Counted from the stretch's first letter, positions 12,070 to 25,460 are shown. The stretch: 60,111 nucleotides of DNA from Chara braunii (GCA_003427395.1 BFEA01000008.1:92317-152427); one strand, 5' to 3'. A program made the numbers and translations. Notes: generated by a model not told the origin, from the letters alone.

Positions 12070-13055
12070 CCTCGAGGCAACTGCCTATATTTTGAAAGGA
12101 AAATATAGCAATATAACACAAAATAATGTCGTGTCGAAGAACATGTAAGAGTGGGATGGTTTCGAGATGGTGAATGCAGCGTAAGAATCGAAACTCTTAC
12201 GAGCAGTTGCACGGAGAGGTGAGAAAGGTCATCAGGCTCAGGGAAGGGGGGGAAGGGAGCGAAACAAAACGAATGACCCTAACAAATAAACCATAAGGCG
12301 GGTAATGCTCGACATAAGGGTGACACCATGCAGGGTTGACCATGAAAGGCGAGCCTGAAACATGAGAAATATACTTAACTAAAGGGATGAAATGGTCGGC
12401 ACTAGGGGTGATAGATGTAGTGGGTGAGGGAGACATGCACACAACTCAGTGAACCCACCGACTAGGAGGGAGCTAGATCTAGAAGCAAGGAAGTCAAGAT
12501 AACCGTTACGGTACGATCCCAATGCATATGCGATACCAAGGGAGAGCCGAACTCTAGGAGAACCAGCCAAAATGAGAATCATCATGAGACACAAAAAGAG
12601 AATGTTAGGGTAGGATGACAACGTGAACTAGTCACGTCCAAGGAAGCTGAAATTTATGAAGTAGTTGAAGTCCTCAAAGTAGTTCATGGTGTCGATGATG
12701 TAGGAGTCGAGGTCGATGTTGAAGCAGAACCGCAAAACGCCGACAACCTAAAGTAGTTGATGATGGAGTACATGAAGATGTGGGTCAGTGGAAGAAATAT
12801 AGGTGGTCAAAGTGTCCATCATCGAGACAATGAGGACGTCGACGACTGCGCCGTGGATGTGCGGAGGCGTTCGTTTGCTCCTGAAGACGGGAGCGGGTTC
12901 AGCCTCAACGATATCCTCAGCCAAAGGAGGAAGAGGGTATGTTGACTGAGTAGGAGCAGATATCTCAGCACGACGAGCACGATCATATGCATGCACGAAT
13001 ATCCTGGTGTGCTGCAAGTGCTCGAGGGGCTTCTAAGTAGCCTCCCTATCAGGAT

Positions 13056-13644
13056 CAGGGTTGTTATATGGGTATCCCCTTCCGGAAACCGCGGTCCCCT
13101 GTCCCTGCTTTCGGATCCCCGGTCCGAGGGTGGCCGACCACTGGACGGAGAACTGCCGACCCCTGACCCCCTTCACCGCTCCCCACCCCCTCACCTCCAC
13201 CCCCTCACCTCCATCCCCGAACCCCGCCCCCGCCCTTCGCTCCCACAGCCCCACCCCTGCCACCGGACCTCATCCCCTCCCTCCGCTCCTGCAGCCCCAC
13301 CCCTGCCACCGGACCCCGGCCACCCCACCACCGACCCTGCCCAGGGACTCTGGCACCCCCACCACCGGACCCCGACACCCCCGCCAGCGGACCTCGACAC
13401 CGCCACCACCAGACCTTGGCATCCCCACCCCTGGACCCCAGCACTCCACCCCGGTTTCCAACCTGCACCCGTGCCATCGACCCTCACCTCAGAGTTGTGT
13501 GTGAGTGTGTGCGTGAGAGATAGAGAGTGACAGAGGGAGAAGAGANNNNNNNNNNNNNNNNNNNNNNNNNNNNNNNNNNNNNNNNNNNNNNNNNNNNNNN
13601 NNNNNNNNNNNNNNNNNNNNNNNNNNNNNNNNNNNNNNNNNNNN

Positions 13645-13717
<73 letters not shown>

Positions 13718-14117
13718 CCGAGAGCCCAGGACTGACACCCTCGGACCTCGGCACCACGACCACCGACCCCCGATCCCCGACCCCCGCCCACGGCAACCCC
13801 ACCCCTGCACCGCCGACAGGGCCGCCACCGATCCCTGCCACCGACCCCCGCTCCAGAGCGCCCCCGCCCCCGCCCCTTCCCGAGCCAGGCACGTATTGGG
13901 TCCCACCCCCTCCTGACCCCCAACCAGTGTAACCACCCCAAAATTGGAAAAACTGAAGTTTGACAAAAAATGAGCGTTGCAACATTGTGCACCCGCTCAT
14001 ATGTTTTGTTTTTTTTTTTCCGTCGATTTCAACCCCTTCCCTCCCCGGGTTTGGGGGTCCCACCCGCGGTGGCCCCGGACCCCGACTGTGGTCCACTGCC
14101 GAGGGGTGACAACCCTA
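13056..14117. mobile_element. hAT-like non-autonomous element, C-rich with an internal (GA)n tract and gap, inserted in the chromodomain
   Basis: 8-bp TSD ATCAGGAT (13048-13055 / 14118-14125); ends CAGGGTTGT...ACAACCCTA. Confidence 0.9.
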
Positions 14118-16605
14118 ATCAGGATAGCCCTTCCAACACATAAGATACTCGATGCATGGAGGGATATTATCGGTAACTCGTCGAGATACGGTATTGAAAA
14201 CAACAAACTCCTCATAAACACCCACCATGATAGTTGGAGGGCACTAATAAGGCGTCCGGTGAGGCGCTCGAACAGTCTGCGATAAGGACACAATAGGGAG
14301 ACGTGGTAAACATCGTGTACGCGAGCCTTTCAAAGATAATATGATAGCTTCACACGAAAGTTGGTCGGACTTGTAGTAGTATTCGAACCGACGACCTGCT
14401 AGTGGTAGTATTTGAACTGACGACCTGAAGCATACGACATGGGCTGAAGAAGCAACACCCAAACTTGCGAAGTGTATCGACTTCGAGTTGCGAGTGGGCG
14501 ACGTCGATGAGCACATCATCGCCAACTTTGAATGGATGATTCATTCGCAATCGGTTCGCTCGTGCGGCCATGCGGGTCAGGGAGGCGGCTATACCCTCGT
14601 GTGCGTGCTTCATAATCGTCGCTATATGTACAATCCAATCGTCAAGTGCAGGGTAACTAGGGTTTTGACCGTTTGGGTGCAACTGCGACAGTTGTATAAA
14701 ATTAACGGGTACATGAGGGTGGTAGTTGAGGTCGCAATAGAATGACGAGATCCTGGTGCCTGGCGAAATGACATGGTTGTAAGCAATCTCCACATGGTCT
14801 GAGTGTATATCTCACTGCCGGTCATCTATAACAAACTTTTGGAAGATATAACTGAGAGTTTTGCTCGTGACCTCAGTCTGACCATTCGTGTGAGCGTAGT
14901 AAACGACGAGAAGCGGACTCGGGATCCATGCTTGTCGTGTAGGCGTCACGATAATGTGATGGTAAAGGACGGATCATGGTCGAGGATTATGCTATGAGGT
15001 ATGCCGTAATCTTTCATGACTCGATCGAAGATGATGTCGACGACCTGATGAGCGCTGATGCAATAACGGAATGATACGGAAGGTGCACACTTCGTGAACC
15101 GCTCGACAACGACGAAAATAACATCATGACCACGCTCAATAGGAGAGCGGAGGAGACCAACAAAGTCCGTAGAGATAGATTGCCACTGACTTTTAGGTAT
15201 GAGTAGAAACCGGAGTAACTGCTTCAGAAGGTTGTTCGCATTGTTCACCTCCTCGCAGGTAGGACACTCATGCATATAGCTCATGCCGAATTCCTTATGC
15301 TTTGGTCACTCGTACAGACGGCTAACGTGAGACAACATTATCCGGAAGCCCATTTGACCAGTTGTCTCCTAATCATGGAACTCGACTACGGTATTGACAC
15401 AGAGTTGTCTACTGTAGGGAATGAATATGCGTGGGTCTCGGCGACCACACTTACCATGTCAGTACATGAGTCTGTTCTCATTGATGGAGTATGAAGAAAC
15501 GGTCTTGCCGCCCCGCAATGTTGTGCAGATGTCGCGATAATTTGGGCAGTAGCAGTACTAGGTGCGAAACTCGTAGATCACCAAATGATGAACGGTGGTG
15601 ACCGAGATGCCAGTGAGTTAGATTTGCTCCTCACGTGGTCAGAAAGGAAGGACAAGGGATCGGTGACTCGATTTGTTTCACCCTTGATGTGCAGAGTGGT
15701 GAAACTGAACTCAGATAGGTCACTCACCAGCATACATGTCGAGCAGAAAACTTGGCTTTCATGCGGAAAGCCGCGATAAAACCTCACATTCATCAAGAGT
15801 GTAGTTTATCTCAACAGGTAGCATCTAACGAGAGTAAAAAAAAAACAATCGGGCTATCCCCAACATGAGCCTCAACAGTCTCGTCCTTCACAATTTTCGG
15901 AAAGTAAGTAACAAGTGGATTGTCAGTAGAGGGAAGTGGTGGAAGGGCAGACATCAATGGAGAAGCAATGTCTGCAGGAGAAGGAGGGAAATGAGGGATA
16001 TAGGGATGAGGAGAATCAGGTGTGGTAGGAAATATCTGGGAAAACACAGCTCGTACAACAAAATCAGACTCATCGGTAGTGGCAATGAAAGGATAATAAG
16101 AATCGGGGAGGCCGAGACTGGCGAATAAATCACCGTCTTCTTGAGGGTGCGAAAAACATCGTCATGGACAGGTGTCCAAAACGATGGCAGGTTCTTCCGA
16201 CGAAGGGTGGAGGTGAGGGCGTGGGAATACCTAGTGTATCCCCGGATGGAGTTACTGTAGTAATTAGTGAGGCCTATGACATTGCGAAGCTGCTTGGTGT
16301 ATGTAGGGGCGGGCTGCTCCACGATAGCAGTGATCTTGGTAACGTACTCAGTCTCCAACACATCGAAGTGCGTAGAGGAATGGTAGCAGCAAGACGACTA
16401 GAAACTATCTGTCAGTTGGAGGGTAAGGGAGAAGGGGAGGTTAACGACCATCTGATCAAAGATGCGCTACGCCTCGGTATCTCCAAGGGTAACGAAACTC
16501 GGAGAGCAAGACCTAGAGGTAGCTAGACGAACTTCCTCAACCACGCAAGGGTGAATGAAATCTTTGTGCGAACCAGTGTCCCATAACGCGCAGTACACTC
16601 TGGTA

Positions 16606-16942
16606 CTATGTAGACCCCCGTACGAATACGGGTCGTCCGTACGTATGTACGGCCGTACGTATGGACTCATGTGGTCGTACAGGCCGTACGTACGAAAAAA
16701 AGCAAAAAAATAAAATAAAAAAAACTGAAAAAAATATATGTTATGGAGAAAAATAAACTAAAACACTTTTGCCTCAGGGTCATATTGAAATTCATGACCA
16801 AATTTGAGATTAAATAAAAAACGTTTTATTTTTTTTTTCTTTCTTTCGTACGGGGCGGTACATACGACCGTACGGCCGTTCATACGGCCGTACGTACGAC
16901 CGTACGATAAACCCCCCGTATGTCGTACGAAGTGTTACATAG
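16606..16942. mobile_element. hAT-like MITE with CGTACG subterminal repeats, inserted just upstream of the Gypsy protease DTG motif
   Basis: 8-bp TSD CTCTGGTA (16598-16605 / 16943-16950); TIR CTATGTA...TACATAG. Confidence 0.9.
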
Positions 16943-18899
16943 CTCTGGTAGATGTCCTAAAGCGGATGCGAATAATAGGGAGTGTGTGATCAAGGTGAAG
17001 AGTAAATCGAGAAGACGGCGCAAAACATATACGTGACTAGTAAGTAGCTCCTTACGAATCTCGAGAATGCTCAGATCCAGGAGAGATGATACAATATCAT
17101 CGCTAGTCGTCGTCTGAGCACAACAACAAGTTGTGCGAATGGCACAATGCTTCAAAAGTCTCGGAGGCGAAGGGCTGGACATGGTGGTCTGTTGGGAAGC
17201 AGATGGTACCTCGACAAATGATGGATCACTGGAAACTGCGTGTGTCGCGTCCTGACTCCTGAGAATCCTCTGATGTGGTAGCCAAAGGGGCAAACTACGA
17301 CTCAATGGTCAGGAAGCCGGCTATAGACGAGGCCTCAATGGTATACTGCACAATGGCTAGCTAGATGACGCGGACGAGGAGACGTCTGGGGGGGGACTGA
17401 GATCGATGCTGACGATAAATATCGATGTAGTACCAATCGAGGGTGTAATGATATGGGCACTGCGAGGAGGTGTGTCCATCCTTGCGACAACGAATGCAAC
17501 TGCAAACCCTTGATGGCGGCACACTCATCTACAGATAAGGTTCCACGAGGAGGGACAAAACTTTGCGGGAGGTCCATCTGTGGAATAGCAAATGTGCGGG
17601 CATCGGGCTTTGCGGACCTGTTATGCACATGTGATCACCGAGGATGATTGTCTTGTCATCCAAATGGAAGTGGATGATATCCTTTAGCTCGAGGTCCTTG
17701 AAGGCAGCCCCAAGGGTACGGTTGAGCTCGGCGGAAGCATCGTCGCCGTACTTGAGCGCACTGTAGCGCCGAGTGAATGGTGCTCCGGGCAAAGTACGGC
17801 AGCGACCAGCGAAGGAGGAGTGACCTCGAGTGGCACCGTGAGACTGGGTGGTGGCGACGAACCGCAAAGAGGATTGGGTGGCGGGAAGATAACCGCACAT
17901 CCTCTATACTGACGGGTGACCTTATCTGTCTGCTCCGCAGAGAACCACCGGAAAGATTGACAATAATCGGTCAATGAGGGTGACCTCCGGGAGAATGTCT
18001 CATCACAAACAAAGCGGGCATCCTGAGATACGTTGATTTGATGCTCCATATCAACCGCTGACAACCAGTGTAGTGGATCTGGACCATCAGGTCTGGGTGA
18101 CTCGATCTAAGGCATCGGTCGCATCATGTCGAATGCCAAAGCGCTCCTAAAGGAAGGTTGTGAAGTCCGCAAACGTGGGGACCTCACCGTGGGGTGTGGA
18201 TGGGTATAATAGCTCTCCCACACAACGGAAGGGCTGCCTCACAATTTGGTTGCAAGCAAATCACACCACAAGTCCTGATGAGTGGTTGTCAGCGTCAGTG
18301 TGCATGTGGCCATCTGCAACCATTGCGAAACGTGGAATATGTCATTGTACACAGGTGTGACTGAGATGCGCACAAGGGGGGGTGCATTGTGCTGATGGCA
18401 AGGGGAGAGAGGCTGGGATGCATGCACTGCAACAACAAAAGTCGGAGTCAGTGCACGGGTAGGAGCGGGGCTGGGGTGTGGGCCGTGGATGTAGGTGGGA
18501 GGACCTGTAGAGGTGGAGGCAATACTTGCTGGCAGCTGTGACGGAGTGGTAAGGCAGGAAGGTAGAGGCAGAGGAGCACGTTGAGGAAAACGAGCCTGCA
18601 AGATAGGGGCCAAAAAAGCGACAGGGGAGGAAGAGCGGTGAGCAACCTGTGAGGAGTGAGGTTGTCTCAGAGTAAAAATCTCTGCCTCGACCTGCACAAG
18701 AGTGGCCAGTAAAGCAACCATTCGCTGGGTCAGCCTGGGTGCACGGAATCGCAGGAGGAGAAGTCGGAGAGGGTACCCCAGCAGGAGGTGGCATCCCGAA
18801 CTGCGGGGATGATGGGACAAACGAGGGAAGAAGAGGGCAAAGTCATGATGCCGTGACCGGTGCAGGAAGCTGCTCTGCTTAGTTATTGATTGGGCCGAT

Positions 18900-20230
18900 C
18901 ACCCGGGGGAACCCAACACACAAGATCTAACTGTTCCGAGATCGGACTCCAGCCCCCTTCCTTCATTGAATCCTTGGCACATCCCCCTTTTCGTGCTTTG
19001 TGGGCCTACACTCACTCTGACCAGAAAGCCGCGCTGGGCATGAGGTCGGCTGTCACACAATGGAGAGAAACATGCCAAAATAGACAAAGGTTCCATGGAC
19101 ATGTGGGTGAAGCTGGGAGGGAGGTTCACATTGCCAGGTCTTCTTCTGAGAACATTAAAGGCCACTGTTAATTTGTCAGATAATTTTAGTAGATCAGGGC
19201 AGTTTATTGGCCATGATGCACACAACAGCACAAATCACCGTCTGTAACTAAAGCAGGGGTACTTGCTTTGACTTGAAGCACTAAGCTCTACCTCCAGAGA
19301 TGACGTGTTGAGTTGATTTCCAGAAAATCAGAGGCCATGACTTAGATGTGAAAAGGTGTAATGTGCAGAATACAAGATCTAATGACATAATGTCGGGTTT
19401 CCTTTTCGGTGGACACAAGGACGGATTTCCTTTTTGGCGGTGGATGCGCTTTGGATGGGCAGGATCGTGAGAGTACATCCCAACTTCTTGAACTGCTAGA
19501 CTAGGGTGGGGATATTGAAAAGTCCCTTGGTCACGTGGTCGAGAGTGGAAAGTTATATCTGCACAATCTCTTGCTCATCATGTGTGCTACAGTATATATC
19601 TACATCTTGGCCATTTTAGGGGAAGAATAGAGAATTTCAAACCGCAAGTAGTTCCTAAGGTTGTGCCAGTAAGGGCTGGGGCCCCCCTGTCAAGCCTAGG
19701 CTGCGGATACAGATTATACAAAAAAAATTGCGACAGCTAGTTGGTGGTCACGACATTGGGTGGGGCGCTGCCCCGCTAGCTGCAGCAATTAACTGGGTTT
19801 CAAAGAAGAGGGGATCGTGTCCCTGGCCTTGCTATTTACGGCAGGGCAGCGCGGGGTCTGCTCAGCTGTGGTTGAAGGTCTGGTGGGAGTGCTTGAGTTC
19901 CACAATGCTGAGTCAGACTAGGAGGAAGTCAATTGGGTTCTGAGACAAACATTGGTAGGAGTCTGGATTTCTTGAAAGGAAAACAATTGGATAAGCTTTG
20001 GTCCCTGGGCGCCTTACTTTTGATAGTGTTAGCTCATTGGAAGATTCACAAAACCACAAAAACAGTGGGTCCCAACCCTTAGATAGATTTGGGTACAAAA
20101 GATAACCCAGGCCCTTGGTCAGGGCCCACTCCACCAGTCTCCTTTCCAGATGTCGGTGCAGAAACATCAGCCATCCCATCAGACAGTAGTGTCTAAAGCA
20201 AACACTCTCCCACACACCACACACAACCCA
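18900..20230 (-). mobile_element. Possible relic of an REL-endonuclease (CRE/R2-like) non-LTR retrotransposon 3' region
   Basis: Fragmentary minus-strand motifs in the expected order: RSLGL (~19695), LDHV (~19535), KRKPDIM (~19385-19408). Heavily decayed. Confidence 0.35.
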
Positions 20231-20354
20231 CTCACACGCGCACTCACACCCATGTTGGCTGAAGACCTTACTAATACCGACTGGGAGGATTCAGCAGACT
20301 ATCTCAGTTGGTTGGCATCGAGTGTGCCACAGGCGGTTATGCAACAACAACAAN

Positions 20355-20462
20355 AACAACTTTTTTTTTTTTTTTTNGGGGGGGGGGACAANAAANNCTC
20401 CAANCTATTCGTGGGGAGCAGCACGTGCTGGGAACTGGGCCCAGCGTCCCATATAGAGTTAC

Positions 20463-20465
<3 letters not shown>
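20355..20465 (-). mobile_element. Short poly(A)-tailed retroposed repeat (SINE/LINE 3' tail)
   Basis: Reverse complement of the sequence at 22290-22395: tatatgggacgctgggccc(a/g)gttccca(g/a)cacgtg...ccccacgaatag...tgtccc plus an A-tail. Confidence 0.7.
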
Positions 20466-20514
<49 letters not shown>

Positions 20515-20545
20515 CTACTACTACTACTACCACTACTACTACTAC
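20463..20545. repeat. (AAC)n followed by (TAC)n microsatellite
   Basis: Direct reading. Confidence 0.95.
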
Positions 20546-22285
20546 AATTATGCATTCGTTTCGTTTTCTGTCGGTTGTTAGTTGGAAGGCACCTGCACTT
20601 TATCTGCCATGGGAGTAAGGAGATCTCCAGAGGCTTTAACCACTTAATAGGCTGGAAAAGCGAAGAAGAAGAAGTGCCAGTAGCTGGACTGCTAGTGGTG
20701 GATGCTATCACCACCATCACTAGCAGTTCAGCCGGTTGTTTAAAAAAAAAAAAAAAAAAAAAAAAGAACGAAGTGGAAGTGCAATTGCAAACTGTATCTT
20801 GCCCCACAGTGCAATTATAACTCATTTTTGTGACTCTACTAAAGTTACTCCAAATAATTACATCATCTGGGGCACGGTCCCACCAGCCAGGGGATAAGAC
20901 AACATTCTAGAGGTGAGACAGGGGTAGAGCTCAAAGTGGCCGCCCATTGAGGCAGGATCTGACAGTGCTCATATTTTTGGTGGATAATAGGATATTGTTT
21001 TTTCAACTTTTGGAAATCTGTCTGTGGCCAAGTTTATGAGCTGCCTCCTATTGGCTGTCAAAAGAAAAAAAAAACGCAAGAGTGCATGACGAGATTCTAA
21101 ACCCTGAAAGAGATCGTTAGAATCTCGTCATGCACTTCTTTTTCTTTTTGGTTTAAACTTTACTGCAATACTTTTTGCAATAAAAAATGGCTGTAAGGCT
21201 GACTCTTCCTTGCTCAAGGGAACTGAAATAGATTGCTTGGATTCAGAAATAGGACTTCAGAATCTTGGGTTCCCCGCCCAGACAAATTGCAGTGCTATAG
21301 ATTTAAAAAACTGTTAGTGTGAGTATGCGGGGAGAGTGGACAAGGGGTGCTGAATTTAGGAGTTCTTCATGATTGGTTGAGCTTCGAATAGACACCGGAA
21401 CCGCTACAGGATGAGGGGTTATTTTTCCCTCCCTTCCTCTCGTTTCGTGGAGGTAGAAGGGGTTTTCTCTGCCTTTGTCTGAGTCAAATTTCTCTGAAGG
21501 AGGGCAGGGGGGGGGGGGTAGAACCGGAGGTTGGAATTTAGTCAGGAGGTTCTCAATGGAGAAATGGTTGTTAGGCAAGTAGGTCAGCAGAACGAAGCTG
21601 GGACGACACAGGCCGTTGCTGGAGCTTTGGCTCTGTGACCTGGGGAGAGCTTGAGGCTTGTGGAGTTATGCTGAGGGTGGAGGGCATAACCAGATCGTTC
21701 GATGAAGCGGGCGCCGGGGTATTAACCTTGTAACCTGTTCAGGGGCTTGCCGTTAAGGGTAGTGTGGAGGGAGGAAGGCACTTCCTGTCCGTCAGAACTA
21801 GGTTGGTCAGAACTGGGGAAGGTTGCGGTGCCCTGTTACCCTAGCATGAAGGGGGTGTGATATCAAGTGAGTTCTGGTACGAGGACTGAAAGCCTGGACA
21901 GACTTTCCGTCTGTTGAGGGGGGAATTTTGGATAGTGGGTGTTTCAGTTTTGACCCCCCACGGAAATAGTTTTCCATGCCTTTCCAGATATTTTCAAAAA
22001 ACAAAAAGAGTTAGTAACTGCGGCTTGAGTAACATAGCACTAGGTCGGTAGGACTGGGTAGGTCAGCAGTTATCCATGGTTTTCTTAAAAATTCTTTTGA
22101 ATTTCTTTCATAGTTCTCAGATTGTTCTTAGCTGAAATTCTTAGATTGTTCTTAGTCGAAACCAGTAGTTATCTATGGTTTTCTTAAATTTCTCCTGAAT
22201 GTGGTTTTCAGATTGTTCTTAGCTCAAATTCTCAAGGTTGTTCTTAGCCGAAGCCAGGTAATGGCCCTGGTATTTCGAATCGTTT

Positions 22286-22395
22286 GTATCATTTTATATG
22301 GGACGCTGGGCCCGGTTCCCAACACGTGTTGATCCCCACGAATAGACTGGAGCATTTGTCCCTTCAAAAAAAAAAGAAAAAAAAAAAGAAAAAAG
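22286..22395 (+). mobile_element. Short poly(A)-tailed retroposed repeat, second copy
   Basis: Homologous to 20355-20465 in the opposite orientation, followed by an A-rich tail. Confidence 0.7.
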
Positions 22396-22485
22396 TCGTG
22401 ATCCCCCTGTTTTTCAGAGGGATTCCCCTTATTTCATGGAAGTGTTCGTGCTTTCTTTTCTGTTCTTTTCTGATGTTTAAAAATA

Positions 22486-22574
22486 GGGGAAACTACACGG
22501 GAGTCACAAAAATGAGTTATCATTTCCTTTTTTTTTAGTGAAAGGCGAAAAAAGAATTTGAGAGAATAACATAG

Positions 22575-22605
<31 letters not shown>

Positions 22606-22771
22606 GAGTTATAATTGCACTATGGGCCAAGATACAGTTTCGAATTGCCGTTTGGGCAATGTATACAACCCAGTTTTCTGGCTAGGTAGGGTGCCTGAAG
22701 TGCAATTGCAAACTGTATTTTGCCCCATAGTGCAATTATAACTCGTTTTTGTGACTTTACTGACGTTACCC
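22486..22771. mobile_element. Palindromic MITE with GGGG...CCC ends; a half copy lies at ~20772-20851
   Basis: Long TIRs gagtcacaaaaa(t/c)gagttataattgcac...gatacagttt; same family as 39580-39788. Confidence 0.85.
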
Positions 22772-23031
22772 AATCCCATTTTTCCGTGTCTCAGCTCTAG
22801 AATGCCGCCTTGTCCGTTGGCTAGTGGGACCGTGCCCCTGGTGCCCATCTATCGGCCAGGAGGTGTGCACATATACTGAAGATTGTAGCTCTTACAAGTA
22901 TGGCTGTGGACACTGGACAAACCTTGAGCTTTTCACATTGGGGGACGAAAAGAGTTTGTAACATCAGCCGCATGATTAGCCCATCAGGGAGGGAACTTGG
23001 TTTCTGGAAAAAGACAAAAAAACGGTTTTCA

Positions 23032-23065
<34 letters not shown>

Positions 23066-23665
23066 GGAANNNNNNNNNNNNNNNNNNNNNNNNNNNNNNN
23101 NNNNNNNNNNNNNNNNNNNNNNNNNNNNNNNNNNNNNNNNNNNNNNNNNNNNNNNNNNNNNNNNNNNNNNNNNNNNNNNNNNNNNNNNNNNNNNNNNNNN
23201 NNNNNNNNNNNNNNNNNNNNNNNNNNNNNNNNNNNNNNNNNNNNNNNNNNNNNNNNNNNNNNNNNNNNNNNNNNNNNNNNNNNNNNNNNNNNNNNNNNNN
23301 NNNNNNNNNNNNNNNNNNNNNNNNNNNNNNNNNNNNNNNNNNNNNNNNNNNNNNNNNNNNNNNNNNNNNNNNNNNNNNNNNNNNNNNNNNNNNNNNNNNN
23401 NNNNNNNNNNNNNNNNNNNNNNNNNNNNNNNNNNNNNNNNNNNNNNNNNNNNNNNNNNNNNNNNNNNNNNNNNNNNNNNNNNNNNNNNNNNNNNNNNNNN
23501 NNNNNNNNNNNNNNNNNNNNNNNNNNNNNNNNNNNNNNNNNNNNNNNNNNNNNNNNNNNNNNNNNNNNNNNNNNNNNNNNNNNNNNNNNNNNNNNNNNNN
23601 NNNNNNNNNNNNNNNNNNNNNNNNNNNNNNNNNNNNNNNNNNNNNNNNNNNNNNNNNNNNNNNNN

Positions 23666-23774
23666 CAACCAATCAATCAATCAGTCAATCAATCAATCAA
23701 TCAATCAACCAATCAACCAATCAATCAACCAATCAATCGATCAATCAATCAATCAATCAATCAAACAAACAATT

Positions 23775-23812
<38 letters not shown>
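23666..23812. repeat. (AATC)n microsatellite next to a gap
   Basis: Direct reading. Confidence 0.95.
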
Positions 23813-24329
23813 CTTTTTTTCTTTTTTTACACCCCAACCTAGACAAAAAAAACTTTTGTTTTCTTTTGTTTTTTTATGGGGGGGTACCCCCAAACACCCC
23901 CACCCTCCCCAGCCCATCTATCCCCCTGAACACCTCCCGAAAGGCCATGTACGGAGCGCCAGAAGTCCGTACGTACGGGCGGGCCCGTACATACGGTCGT
24001 ACAAAAGATCATACGGGCCATCTCCGCACTTGGTGATGACATTGCTCCACAACACTTACTCACGGACACTAAGGATGCTTTACTCTTGAGGGATGGGGTA
24101 GCGTTTCAGCCACGCTCCCCCTCGGGGATGTGGGAACCGACGGAACTCTTGGAGGCCTTCTCGATCGAACCCTCGGCTGACAAACCCATTAACACCGCGG
24201 ACGACGCGGAAACAAAATCTGTAAGTTCGGCGGACAGTCAGCTCACAGCAATAGTGCTCTCAGTGAAAACCGACAATTCCTTGTTTGGAGCATTCCCCGA
24301 GGAAACCACCAAATTACCTACCGTTTGAT

Positions 24330-25460
24330 GGTTTCTCTCCCGGTAGGGACCATTGACGTTCAATTACCAGCTCACGTACCCCACAAATACCGTCGCCTCC
24401 TTATTACGGTGCTACAGGCATACACCGAGGCGGTCAGCATCCAGGACCATGACATAGACCTGACACACCTTATAGAGCACGCCATCGATACCCGTGATCA
24501 TTTCCTGATCCATTGTTTGCCGTACCGCTATTCATTGACAGAGCAACAATAGATTGGGTACGGGAGTTTGAGCGCCTCGGGTGGGCGGAACCATCCCTGA
24601 GACCCTTGTTCCCTGTTGTCCTCGTTCCAAAACGAAACGGGCCGTCCGATCTGCATCGATTATCGAAAGCTTACGACAAAAGATGTTTATCCATTGCCCC
24701 GCTTGGACGTTCTCATGGACGCTATCGGATCCGCCCGAGTCTTCTCGAAATTCGATATCGGACATGGTTTTCACCATGCCACTGTCCGACCAGAGGACAG
24801 GCCCAAAATGGCCTGTGTCTTGTTCGAAGGCACGTGGCAGTGGATACGGTGCCCCATGGGAATATGAAATGCTCCCGCCATCTTTCAATGGGCCATGAAT
24901 ATGGCCTTCGTCGAGTTCGTTAACAAAACCCGACTGACCCAATACCTGATTAATTTTTGTGTGATTGTGTATATGGACGATATTTTGGTCTTTTCCAAAA
25001 CACACGAGTATCATGTGGAACATGTTGAGTGGGTCTTGCATGCGCTGAAAGACATGCGTTTCAAAGTGGCATTGGAAAAAAGCGAGTTCTTTCTCTCTGA
25101 AATTTCCTTTTTGGGGTACATTGTGACCGTAGAGGGCCCAAAGCCAGATTCGCGTAAGGTGGCAGCAGTACAAAAGGCCCCGGTTCCGGCCACATTGACT
25201 CAAGTTCGAACCTTCCTTGGGTTGGCTTTGTACTTTCATTTGCACGTGTTGCGAAGCCTCTGACAAATCTTTTGAAAAAGAACAAGGAATTGATCTAGAC
25301 ACCGAAATGCGAGGCTACTTTCCAGGCGCTCAAGAAGGCCCTGACGACCGCGCCGATCTGGCGCGCCCAGATCCGACGAAACACTTCGCTCTGCACACAG
25401 ATTGGCAGCCGCAGGCGATATCGGCAGTGCTGACTCAGCAAGGGGCGGACGGGAGAGAAC
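24330..25460 (+). pseudogene. pol: Ty3/Gypsy pol fragment (RT to the start of RNase H), frameshifted
   Basis: PVVLVPK, ICIDYRKL..KDVYPLPRLD, CPMGI*NAPAIFQ, VYMDDILVFS, FLGYIV, QVRTFLGLA, FALHTDWQPQAISAVLTQ. Confidence 0.95.

Larger units (their letters stand above)
12750..18850 (-). mobile_element. Decayed Ty3/Gypsy chromovirus (gag-PR-[RT core deleted]-RNaseH-IN-chromodomain) with two nested insertions
   Basis: Protease ALWDTGS (~16570-16590); RT thumb PAPTYTKQLRNVIGLTNYY (~16250-16320); RNase H end HIKGETNRVTDPLS; integrase WQSISTDFV...IFVVVERFTK...YGIPHSIILDHDPSF; chromodomain EYLMCWKGYPDREAT*KPLEHL split at 13055/14118. LTRs not identified. Confidence 0.92.
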
